A program made the position numbers and the translations under genes. 64,000 bases of DNA from Octopus bimaculoides (lineage: Eukaryota), in assembly GCF_001194135.2 (NCBI RefSeq), contig NC_068991.1, positions 44,276,250 through 44,340,249 on the forward strand, written 5' to 3'. Below, one piece after another: positions 14,757 to 26,801 of the stretch (position 1 is its first letter; each line of letters starts with the position of its first letter). The notes below the pieces were generated by a model. That model was not told where the DNA came from. It did no database searches and saw nothing but the letters and a program-made list of their open reading frames with translations.

Positions 14757-15199
14757 TAACTTTGTTTTAAAGTTGTGCAGTGAAGATTCTGTACTGTTTA
14801 CTACAATGTGATGAATTCAAATCCTATTGCAGAATCTCTGTAAATCAGAAAATATTTCTCACCCAATCTGTTTAATTAAATACATACTCTTCTCAGTTTA
14901 TGGTTGAGTGATGACTGCTATGAAGGTCATTGGCTGTAAAAATGAATGAAATAAAAAAAACATCCTTCGACTCAAATGACCCTAGGTAAAGGAATTGTTA
15001 AAATATAAAAGATAAAAAGCATCATCAGTGCTAACAAAAAATGGTTCATCTCATTGAAATCTAGTCAGGAAAGTACATCTGTGTTTGATTTTGGCTGATC
15101 TCTCCTTGACAACCTCTACTACAGATGATGTATCATAGAAAGTGTGAATAATTAAGTTGGCTTTTGTGAGACTGATCAGTTTGGATCAGTTAAAAGCTT

Positions 15200-16020
15200 T
15201 TAGTTATTACTTGGTGGTTGTTCCCAGAGTGGCTGATTTCAGCCCCATTTACAGAGGCCGGATTATATCAATATATTGTGGCATCTGCTCAACAGTCAGA
15301 CTAAGTGACTAGCAGAATTGCTTTAAATTATATGTTCAGTCTGTTGAGGGTGTTCCCTGCCATCTCTCTTGTATATATTGACTCTTGAGTCACTGCTGTG
15401 GAAATGGTATTGTTATGAGGCATCCCAAGCACTGCGATCCAGGTGAGCTGTAATGATATATGATACCACTGTTGCAGTTTTAAAGGAATACAAAACTGAT
15501 AACAAGAGCAAAAATTAATCCAGGCAAGTTCATGCCATCAGCCAGTATCATCAGGGATAGTCACTGATAGACCTGTCTACCAAGTTGTTTAGTGTTTGGT
15601 TTGATCTGGATTTCCATGTGGATAGGAACTGGGACAAAATTACAAGCATGTTGACTTGAAAGTGGGTTGAGAGGAAATTGTCTCTAAAAAGTTAGGCAGA
15701 GGTGAAAATGAAAAACACATGCATCACTTCATTTATATATTACTGCTTGATTATTGTACTTTATCCTATTCCTTATCAGACCGAATTATAGTATCTTCTC
15801 TTTTATTTCTTGTGCAAAGAACATGTTCTATTGATAAATTGGCCCTTCTGTTTGCCAACATTCTCTGTGCAAGGATTGGTATGCTGTGGTGAGCCTTTGT
15901 CAGCTACATCTTCCTTCACTACTCTTTCTTTTAACTGAACTACACTCCTGGGTCAAGTGAAGACGAGAGATGGATGCTTATCTTTGAGCACAACTAATAG
16001 TCTCAACACATCACTGTATC
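15200..16020 (-). mobile_element. Highly decayed RTE-like LINE reverse transcriptase fragment
   Basis: Disrupted minus-strand similarity to RT C-terminal motifs (AGNTLNRL...NGAE). Called by eye. Confidence 0.35.
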
Positions 16021-17455
16021 TGTTATTATTACAATTAAAATATGTCTACCTCATCTATTTCCTTCCTTCATATGTTTGCTAATCAGCAACAAATAGAATT
16101 CAGCAAAATTCAGTTGATATATAAAGATATCTATTTTGTTTTTCAAATATTTCTGAGTTTTATTATGCTTTTCTTTAATTTCTTGCTAGAATATGAGGCA
16201 AATATTTTTAACATTCTCACTTATTTTCAACCTCCAGGGTAACTTGGGATTTATATAAGGATGATTTTATATTACTCAGAACATATGAAATAAGGGCTAA
16301 CTAAAGGTCTGAAAACAAGCATGGACACTTAGGACAAACTTATGAAAATGCAAAGGGTTAACATATCTTCAGGACATACTTTCCTTAATACTTGACTCAA
16401 ATGGAAAGACATTTTTGTTACTATAATTTTTTAAATGTTAACTTCTGTACTGTTTGTGTTCAGGTATACAATTCTAGAAGCAAAATGGTTGTTAATTTCT
16501 TTTTATTATTATTATTACTGTTGTTGAATATTTTTCTTGGGTTGGTACAATAACTTGACAAAGATAACATCCTGTTATTAAAATATATTCACCACTCTTG
16601 ATATTATCCTGAGAAATCAGAAATTGTATATGTATATTTGCAAGCACAACTTCATAGTTCATGTTTTAAAATGCCTGTGCATTATGTATTTTTTTAATTT
16701 AAGAGACGTTTTTGTTATATGTTTAGGTAAATCTGTTATAGCTTGAGGGCAAGCAAAACTATTTAATGGTGTTTATTAGGTCAAGTAGAAACAAAGGAAA
16801 ATTTAATTAAGACATTTTATTAACCTTTTTGTTACCATATTTCTGTTGAAATACACTGTCTTAATCTCAGTTAATTTGGAAAATATTGAAGAATTTAGTA
16901 AAATAATGTTATTAAGCTGGTGTTAAGAAAAAAAATTAACATGAAATTTGTACGGGAAGTTTTAATTTAGATCACTTTAAAACAGGAAGTATGTATCATA
17001 GAATCAGGATCAGTCTCAGGCAGGTTGATATTAGTAAAAGTACTGGGTTGAGTAGTTTTTAGTAAATATATTCTTTAGTTACTATTTACTTACTTTTTGT
17101 TTGTTATGCATGGTAACTAAAATATCTCTGCCTGGTTAACTAAAATATTATTTTTAGAATTTGAAGAGAGTTACAAGCTCTTGCAGTCAACTTCTCATTC
17201 TTAGAGATCATTATAATCCATTAGAATTAGAATCCAAAAGACTACTGCTGAAAACTGAATTGAAAAACAAAAAAATTCAAATGTTTAAATGCAAAGATGA
17301 TATGAAGTTTGGTGTAAGATTCAAGGGTATTAAAAACAAAAAGAAAGAACTTTTCAAATGAAGATTGAGTATAAAGAGAGAAATTTGTAAAAATTAGAGT
17401 ACTGTGGTTTAAAATATTGTGTGTAAAAGAGAGAATTAAAAAAATTTTCTATCTA

Positions 17456-17860
17456 GGGATGACTGTGTGGTCAAGAAATTCTCTTTTGCAACTATATGGT
17501 TTATGGTTCAGTCCCACTGGGTTACCTTAGGCAGCTTTTATAACCCTAGGTCAACCAAAGTCTTGTGAGTGAATTTGGTAGGTAGATACTGAAAGAATCA
17601 TGTAATGTTTGTGCATGTATATGATGTGTATGTATGTTCATATTTCCTTGTTGTGACATTGGTTGTAAACAAGTCAGTTATCATACCAAAAAAAAAAACT
17701 CAAAGAAAAGTCTTCTGTGAAAAACTTGTGCACTCTATGAGAAATATGTTGCTTGGAAATAGGGGAGGTTGACAGCAAGAAGAGCATCCAGTAATAGAAA
17801 ATCTGTCTCATAAATTTTGTCTGATTCATGCGAGCATGGAAAATTGGATTTTAGGATAAT
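17456..17860 (+). mobile_element. CORE-type SINE with RTE-like tail, diverged
   Basis: gactgtgtggtcaag...ggttcagtcccactgg...caaccaaagtcttgtgagtgaatttggta...gcatggaaaa is colinear with the 50896 and 12029 copies. Confidence 0.7.
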
Positions 17861-17982
17861 GAAGAAAATTTTGCTAGATCCATGCAATTAATAGTGAATT
17901 TATTTTGAAACTTTGTATGTAACTGATACAATTTACATATACCAGGATAGCTTGCTATTATTATACTTGTTATTTTTTGTAG

Positions 17983-18111
<129 letters not shown>

Positions 18112-19374
18112 TAACTATATACTGAAAATATCTTTCTTTTATTAAATACCAACTTCTAAGAGTTTTGTTTTTTTAACTTTTACACATTAAAACTTGTGGT
18201 TCTGAAATATAGTCGATATCATTAAAATAATTTAGAAATATTGCTAGAACACTTGATCCTCTTAAAATTTCACATGTTTCTAATTAAATCTTTTAAAAAT
18301 TTTAACTTGTAAAGTCATCTTTTAAACATTTAAAACAATACAAAACTTTACCATTTTGTAATTTGGTGTAATATCTATTATTATTCATATATATGTAAAT
18401 TTTACATTTATAATTAAAGATTCAAAAATATTACAAGGCTTCATTAAATTTTAAAACTATTTTATTTTGCATGTTTTTTTAAAGTATGACATTAATAGTT
18501 ATAATGTTTTATTTCTTTCTTTTTTTTTGTAACAATACTTTGTATATATAATCTTTCTTTTTAATATTTTATTTTTAAAATATTTTTTATATCTTTTTGA
18601 GTATTTGGTTTTGTTATTTATCTACTCAGCTCTGTTTTTCATTATGTAACTGTTTCTGAAGTCTCATCTGATTTTATTAACTGAATATCAATTACAATAA
18701 ATTTAAGAGTAAACATCTAAATTTGATATATTTTACTCAGCACCATAAATGTATTAATAAAATTTATTCTTTTGATAGTTTAGCTAACTTTATCCTGATC
18801 AGTTATGTGGGATGTGAATCATAAGGTCAGAATATTGTATATTTTGATCTGATATAAATATTTACTGTTAATTTTAATTGGTTCAGTCAAAGATATCCTT
18901 CATTTACTTTTTAGCTTAAATTATTGATTCATAAGATGACATGACTACTTAGTACAATTTTCTTTAATTGCATATTATACAACAAATTTTAGTTAATCAA
19001 TATTTTACATTGAGTCAGTCATGAATGAAGTGAACTCTTGTGATGCTAGACTAAGTGGATGCTTGATTTAGTGCTCAAAGCAACAATTTTTGATTTATCG
19101 TATCTATGAGGATACATATTCCATTTGCTTAAAACGTTATGGAATCTAGTGTCAGTCCTGAAACAGGTTTCCACTTGGAAGATAGAGGAAGAAAATGTTT
19201 TAATATCTGTGAAGAGCTTCTTTTGGTTTGCTATTTGGTATTTTCTCTCTGAAATTATATGTAAATGTGTGTGTAGCATATTTGCTCCTATTGAATACCA
19301 AAAGTTTTCTCATGCTATTCAAAATGGATTTTGTTACAAGAAAATGTATTTGACTTCAATTTAAATCGCATACT

Positions 19375-19580
19375 TGTGTGTGTACCTTGTCTTAACATAA
19401 TGTGATTGTAAATGGGCATCACCAACCTACAACTGTTGTTTGTTTCCAGTCTCTCATGAGAAAATATTATTTGCCTGGAAACAGGTTAGGGTTGTCAACA
19501 GGAAGGGCATCTAGCTGTGGGAAATCTGCCTCAACAAATGACCCCTGCAAGCCTAGAAAAGCAAATGTTAAATAATGATG
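19375..19580 (+). mobile_element. 3' fragment of the same SINE/RTE-tail family
   Basis: ggaaacaggttagggttgtcaacaggaagggcatctagctgtgggaaatctgcctc matches the tails at about 12340 and 17760. Confidence 0.6.
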
Positions 19581-20397
19581 CTCTGGTTTTCAAGTACTGC
19601 TTTCTTCACTTTAGTTTGGATGTGTGTGTGCATGCACATGTTTGCGCGTGTGTGTAAATTTCTTAACCAGAATATGTTGGTCATGAAAATTCTCAGCTAA
19701 AGGATGTCCATTTTGTGCATTAGCTATTTTGTTTTTATTATCTTTATTATGAAAGAGTATGTGAATGCAGTTATTGTATGATAAACTTTATTTGCTTCTT
19801 ATAATTCAATGCCATCTTCCATTTATAAAAAGTATATATATCTCTGAAAGTATTTTGGCAAAGTAAATGGGAGGGAACATCATGTGAATTTCTAGAGGCT
19901 CTATAAAGTTTCTTTGGAAAAGTAGTTATCTCTTTTTCAGTTAATTACTGGAGAAAGAAGTGTGTCTGCCAAGAAGAATGGTACCCTATCCAGAACATTT
20001 CTATTTCTTTCACTTTACACTGCAAAAATTATAAGCTGTTGCAGCCATTCATTGTAGATCGTAATAGGTTTTTTTTATTATCTAGGGGCTTCTAAATAAG
20101 CGTATTTATTTGAATGTGTATTCATTTCTGATATTGAGCATAATTGTCCAATAATCTAGAAGCATAGAATAGTTCATTCAGATGAAGCAATGGGGGAGAC
20201 AACCAAGATACCCACTGTTTGATGTATGACACAGTAACTCATGTTTTGGAAGGTTCACATCTAGTCAGTTCAGGTTCGCTTTTCACTAACCCATCATTTA
20301 CAAAATAGGTATGAATATTGTAAGGAAGTGAAAATACATATTCCTCATTATCTTGTAACAAAATCTATCTTGAATAGTCTTTGAAAATTTTCAGTGT

Positions 20398-20624
20398 TTA
20401 ACTCCTTGACATTTAAAGTGACTATATCTGACCTAAATGTTCTACCAGTATTATGTTCAAACTGGCCAAGTTGGACCTCTCACATCCACCTAAAATTCCA
20501 TTCTAAAAATAACTTATCATGTCATTGAAATCTTGAAGGTATGAAATAATGCATGATTAATTCAAAACAATGTGAACAGATAAACATTGCATTTGACAGA
20601 ATAATCTAAATGCTAAAGGGTTAA
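20398..20624. mobile_element. TTAA-flanked MITE (piggyBac-like ends)
   Basis: Left end ttaactccttgacattta and right end taaatgctaaagggttaa form an imperfect inverted pair with TTAA at both ends. No coding capacity. Confidence 0.55.
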
Positions 20625-20660
20625 TAGGGACATGTTGAGGTTAAGTGTAGCACTTGCTAT

Positions 20661-20663
<3 letters not shown>

Positions 20664-20723
<60 letters not shown>
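20664..20723. repeat. (TA)n microsatellite
   Basis: Directly visible. Other (TA)n tracts lie at about 36448-36507 and flank most gaps. Confidence 0.99.
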
Positions 20724-20726
<3 letters not shown>

Positions 20727-23700
20727 ACGCACACACTCATTTAATAGTGATGGTTTAACCTTAGGACTCTTTCTATACAGTGGACTGATTGATGGTAATG
20801 CCTGTCATTTACAAGAGATTTATTCCACTTGTTTTAGAGAGAGAAAAAGTGCTTAGAGCTACTTGTGAAAGTGCCTATGCTCATTTACATACATATGTTC
20901 AATAAACGTACATTTAGCTTCTCTATATGAATAGACTAGTTTCCTACACACACACTTTTTGAACATGAAGGAAATAAATGTGACAGAAGGAAAACAGAAG
21001 TTGGTAGATGAGAGATCTTAAAAGCTTATTGTTAACATCAGCTGAAATAGGTTCTTTCTACTTATATTGTCCCTGAATTTTTATATATCTATCTCTAGTT
21101 AGATGTTTAATGTGAATGCGAGCAACTTGATCTGACAATTGTCACAAACTATCATTATTGATCAGAATAAAGTAGTTAAAAGGACATACAGAGAAATAGC
21201 TGAAAGAAAAGTAGATTTTTAATAAATCTTAACTTGAATTTTGATTGTAACTTTTAACACAAATGAGCAAACTCCTTTAATTCATTGATTTTCTTTTCTA
21301 ATTGTTGACTTCCTTGTCATTTTGTCAGTTGTATATGCTTTATGTTATGACAAAGTTTTTTTTACACCATGTATATTGAAGTAATTTGTTTTTCACTTTG
21401 ACCTGGATTATTAAATTTCTTTTGAAGTAATTTGACTCAAATAGTTTATTTACCTACTTTTTTAAATTAAAATTTTTTTTCCATTTTCTAAATTCATCTC
21501 TCTGTAGTCTCTTCATCTTTTCCTGCTCTTTCTGTCCTCATTCTTTCTACCATATGCTCTTTTTTCCCTTACATTTTATTTTTGTTTAATTTAATTTTTC
21601 TATTCCTCCTCACTTCCTTCAATAGCAATGAGTGAAAACATTTTTTTCCTAATTTTTCAAACTGCTAAATACATTTAATTTATTATGGAATTATTTTAAA
21701 ATTTATTTACAGAAGCTGAGTAGAGTTCCTTTTGTTTCTTTTTGCATGTTTTTTTTTTGTTATATATAAATTTTATTGTAATATCTTAATTTCTTTCATT
21801 TACTTTTTAGGCTATTTTGTAGCAACAAATGTCACAAGTAGTTGCTTATAATTTTTTCTTTGTCTTTTCTTAAACCAGGAGCTAAGTAATTCTGTCTTAT
21901 CTATTTGTAATTGTGATATAAGAATTTTTTATCAAGTGCTAAATGGTAGTGGATATTTATGTTTCAATGATTTCAGATTAAAAAAAATTACATAGCATTT
22001 AGTTAATCTCACTCAAGATTTATAAAACTAATGTTGATAGTAAGTTTTAGATCATATGATTGAAAATTAGATATGATGAAGTTAGGTTGACAAAGGACAG
22101 GCGAATGAATTTGAAGGCTGTATCTACAAACATTTGTTTATACTTCTATAGACTAGTAAATACTAGGTAGTTTGATTATAACAAGAACAATAACTAAATA
22201 ATTCAAATAAAACCAATATGTTTACATAGATCCACATTTGTAAAGTGCTATGGCCAGTTGCATATTGTTGTTGCATCAAGTCTTTTGACCCTTCAAACTG
22301 CTAATCACCAACTGTGACACATTTGGTCAATCAAATGAGCTCTTTGTCAAACTATGATGAAAGTACAACTGTTGTTTGACATAACATCTGAATGCAATGA
22401 CTAAGTCATCAGCTGTATATTTTGGAGTTCACTTCAGCCTCACAACCCTTTTATGTGTCAGTATTTTTACTAAAATCCTAAATTGTGTGTTAGTAGTATA
22501 GTTTCTTTCATATAATAAGCTCTTCTTAGAATTTGTAGATAAATATAGGTTAAAAAGTTTAAACAGAAGAGGTTTTGTTTAGTGCCATTATATAATAATA
22601 TATTGCAGTTCTCTTGAGAATATTTTGTTTCTTTGTCACTAAGATCCACCACAAACCTGATGTGTGGTATGGATATCTATCTGAATTATACATATGCCTG
22701 CCTAGTCTTTAGAAACTACACAACAGACACCCACAAAATCACAAGTATTATTTGTCCTGTTATAAGGCAAATTGTGTTACTTTTATTTTTTAAGAAATAT
22801 CCAAATTTCCCTTGAACCACACCCAATACCATTTGTGAAGAAAGGAAATGATGAAAGACCAAGATAAAATGGAATCGTATTAGCAAGAGGTAGATACATA
22901 TAAAGTAAGAGAAGTGTGATAGTATCAGTAAAAGAAAGATTAAAAATTATTTGTGTAATGTCAAACTCTGTTTCTCTTTCTTCTGTCTCTCATTAATCTT
23001 TCATCTTCTCTGGTAGAATGGAATACAGAGAGACTAAGAGAAACACATAAATAGAAGGTCATAGACAGGAGAGAAAAGGAGAAAGGTGGTATCACATGAA
23101 TGGAAAGGCAGAGGAGAGTGGTGGTGTGTTTTTATTGCTATTTTTTGTTGGATATCAGTGTTTGGATATTCTAGAAGTAGTAGCCAAATGGACATTTAAT
23201 CACACCCTACTGCTTAACATATGCATATGTTTTGTATAGGTCAGCACAAGAAGTTTCACTTATCTTGACTTGTATGTATGTGTATATGGATACGGACACA
23301 AACACAAACAGGAAATAGAAAATGGCCTTATAATGTAATTTGAGAAATCTTTCTCAAACTACACCATCGTGTATGTAGATGTCTACATTCCAGCTAGAAC
23401 TAGTAGAAATAGCAACCAAATTTTCTTTCTCCTTTAAATCACACCCTAGTCTTATGTTTGTAAGAATAAGCTGAGTAGAGTAACTTCTATGCAGTAGCTA
23501 GAGGTGGTTGAAATAACAATTGTATATTTTCCTAAATTAACACCCCACCATTTCATACTTGTGTAAGTCAACAAAGATTTCTATGTGGTTGCTCAACCTG
23601 CTAGAAATGGTGGTAGATGCATCACCCTTAAGATTCCCCATAATCTGGATGTCAATCATGTCAGGAAGATTTGCTAGATACAGATTTTTCCATCTGACTG

Positions 23701-24429
23701 TAATGTGTACTAAAATCAGCAATGGCTGCCTGGTATTTTGTTGATACTATAACTGAGCATCTCTGTGCACCTCTGCTAATATGTGTGCATGTTCATGTGT
23801 ACATGTACATCTATGTACATATATATGAGAGTGTGTGTGTGTGTATCTATATATATCTATATATACAGAGAGAGGTAGGGGTGGGTGCATACGTGTGTGT
23901 CTATACATATATAAGCATACACTATGTATGTATGTGTGTTTGTATTATCGTTGATGATATCTTTTCATGTCACAAATTTTATTCCATTGAAATTAATGTT
24001 TTGAGATGGCTTATAAGTCTATTTTTGACTTAAAAGACTGTGCTAACAGATATATTGGAACCAACTGAGTCTAAGAGTCATAGTAGTTGGCCTGCTTTTC
24101 CCTGTTGATATTCTCTGTCAGCCTTCCCTTCTCGGCTACTTTCAAGGAAGTAGCACATTCTCGTACAGAGTAAATGATCAGATGCATCAGTAGTCCATGA
24201 GGAAGGTGTGTGTAAGCTTTCTTTGGTTGATCCTTGTATTGCCACTTCTGATTTCCAACTAAATGCATTTCTTCTTGCTATCCACCATAATCATGATACA
24301 TATACGTATGTTGTCATCTTCACAAAAGATTCAAACAGCATTGTTTTACTAAAAAAACAACATTGGTGCTCTGTTCAGTACAACTGTTGAAATTGAAGGT
24401 TTTCTCTTCTCCCCATTACATTTTAACAT

Positions 24430-25310
24430 CTTAAAAAAAATTTGAATAAAAAACACAGTGTATTCCATGCCTTCATTTACATCATCAGATTGCATCTTGC
24501 ATATTGATGAGGATACTACCTTAATGAGAGGCAGTAAAGCAGAAGTCCAAGATCTCATCACCTGACTGTGATGAGCATCAGCAGTGTATAGAATGGAAGT
24601 CAATTTAGAAAAAAGCAAGATACTGATCCATAGCCACAATCAGAATGTAGTAATTAACATCATGCTGAATGGACAAAATCATGGAAAAGTGAATAACTTT
24701 AAGTACATTGGCTGAGGGCAGCAGCCCCATAAAAAGTTAAAAGCAAAACTTGATATAGTATCATCTGCAGTGATGGAGCTGAATGCCATATGAAAAAGTA
24801 GTTCCATTAATTAACCGATAAACCTCACACTGTACATGTGCCAAAGCTGGACACTCACAGCAGTTGAGGATGTATGCTTCAGAAGGCTTTTTTTATGCAT
24901 CTCATATACATAGCACAAGAAAATCAACTTTGTTAGGCAGCAAATCACCAACTAATGCTAGCAAACAAGAACTCCTTGTAACAGTGAAACACTGAAAGCT
25001 CTCCTGGTATGGACATTTATCCAACACCATCAAAGACTGGCAGGGTTTCAACCCTATGTTCCTTTCATGTATAATGAAGGCTAGAAGCCAAAATGGATAA
25101 ATTATAAGATGCTTGTGTACAAAGTGTGCTGTTGCATGATAGGGAGATGTTGGGCTTCAATGTAGATTTGCAAAGAGAGAAATGAAATGAGAAAGTTCTT
25201 CCGGATGAGTAGCATTAGTGTGGGTGAATGAGTAGAAATGAGCTGAGAGAAAACCCAAATGTAAGTAGAATCAGCTACCCATGCCAGCATGGAAAGTGGC
25301 TGTACTTGCT
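24430..25310 (+). mobile_element. Decayed RTE-clade LINE, 3' fragment
   Basis: Reads ILHIDEDTTLMRGSKAEVQDL (degenerate FADD), INIMLNGQN...VNNFKYIG and CQSWTLTAVE. Ends in gcatggaaagtgg like the other RTE tails. Confidence 0.6.
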
Positions 25311-25321
25311 AGAGTAAAAGT

Positions 25322-25357
<36 letters not shown>

Positions 25358-26125
25358 AAGAGAGTGAGTGAGTGAGTGAATGAATGAATGAATGAATGAA
25401 TGAATGAATGTACATACATGCAACCCTCTCATCAGGTACATGTTTGTAGATGTAAGAAAAGTTTGCTCATTCAAATTTCAGAAAGGTGGGATTCGTTTTT
25501 TTTGTTTTGTTTTTTGTTTCTTTTTGTAGATGGAATAAATTTAATTTATATAGTATGATGCCTTTAGTTCAATAATATTTTCCTTTTTATTGTCTTTTCC
25601 AATTTTGTTTATTATTTTATTTCAGAATAACTGGAAGGAAGAAAGGAAAATAAAGCCTAGTTGTTCATAATAGTAGTGTAGTGATGCATCCAAATTAGTT
25701 TTTCTCATTTGAAGAATTCTTCTTGGAATTTTAATATTAGCTGAAAGAACCAAATTAAAATGGTTATATAAAATAATTTCTACAATTGTTCAAATGTTGT
25801 GAAAGTGTTTGCTACTTGTTACACTGAAGAGTTAAAAAGTTTCTTGAAATATTTCCAAAAGTCTATCTTTTACCATTTGAAATGAAAACAAATACATTGA
25901 TTACATAAGTAATAATTATTGCTCTATAACATATTGCAGTTTCAAAAAGAAACATTAATTCAAAGAACCTTTCAATTATACTACAGTTGTCTTGCATTAA
26001 TTAGTCACTCCATAATTGATTTTGCTTTTATATTTCCAATACTGATTTGGATGCATTGCTACAAATTTGTTAATGATTGTTGTTGTTACTAACAATGGAT
26101 TGTTCTCTTCCTTTCTGCGTAACAG

Positions 26126-26225
26126 ACAATAATGAAGGACAAGTGGATGAATATAGGTTTCGAGGATGATGAACTTAAGCCTTATGTAGAACCACCACCT
26201 GACATAAATGATCCACTTCGAATAG
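26126..26225 (+). CDS. MARK: MARK/Par-1 alternative exon A (100 nt): [33 protein letters not shown]+G (kinase C-terminus, CD motif, linker)
   Basis: Acceptor ttctcttcctttctgcgtaacag, donor G|gtaatt. [11 protein letters not shown] matches the vertebrate MARK2-type CD segment. Phase 0 to 1. Confidence 0.95.
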
Positions 26226-26701
26226 GTAATTGTATATATATAAAAAAAAATGATGATCCTATGAGCTTGTTCAGATTTTGTTTCCATACCATGGGAGTGG
26301 AAGCAACAGGCTGAACAGGCATTATTATTCTTATCATCATCACTACCACCACCACCACCACCACCACAACCACCACCACCATTATGTTTACAATTACTTT
26401 TATTTGTCGCCCTGCTGATCTAGTGGCTGTGCTAAGGGACATCCTGCGAAGGTCTGCTGCTGCAGTGCAATATGTCTCTTTTCTCAGGACACCAGGATTC
26501 TTACAGAGAGATACCTGTCAAAAATCCTTTGCATGCAGTTTTTTTTTTTTTTTATTATGCATTTTTTTTTTGTTTCAGAGCTTTGTCGTATTTGTTGTTG
26601 TCATCTCTAAGTGGGCTTTGTGGTTGTCTCTTCCACCCATTTGTTTGCTTGATTATCTTATTTTTTATGTGCTGAAAATCAGTTTGTCTTTTGGTCTACA
26701 G

Positions 26702-26801
26702 ACCATTATGCGAGACCGCTGGATCAATGTTGGGTATGAAGATAAAGAATTAAAGCCTTACAAAGAGCCATGTAGAGACAAGCTTGATCCTAAGCGCATA
26801 G
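26702..26801 (+). CDS. MARK: MARK/Par-1 alternative exon B (100 nt): TIMRDRWINVGYEDKELKPYKEPCRDKLDPKRI+G, paralogue of exon A
   Basis: Acceptor gtcttttggtctacag, donor G|gtaaat. Same length and phases as exon A, 21/33 identical residues, no stops or indels, many synonymous differences. Confidence 0.92.

Noticed and set aside
23537-24300. Minus-strand ORFs with faint LINE-like residues
   Set aside because: No diagnostic motif could be read with confidence. Possibly old repeat, left unannotated.
26702-26801. Exon B as an assembly or haplotype duplicate, or a pseudo-exon
   Set aside because: It is far too divergent at the nucleotide level for an allele, lies in contiguous gap-free sequence, and keeps length, frame and splice sites.
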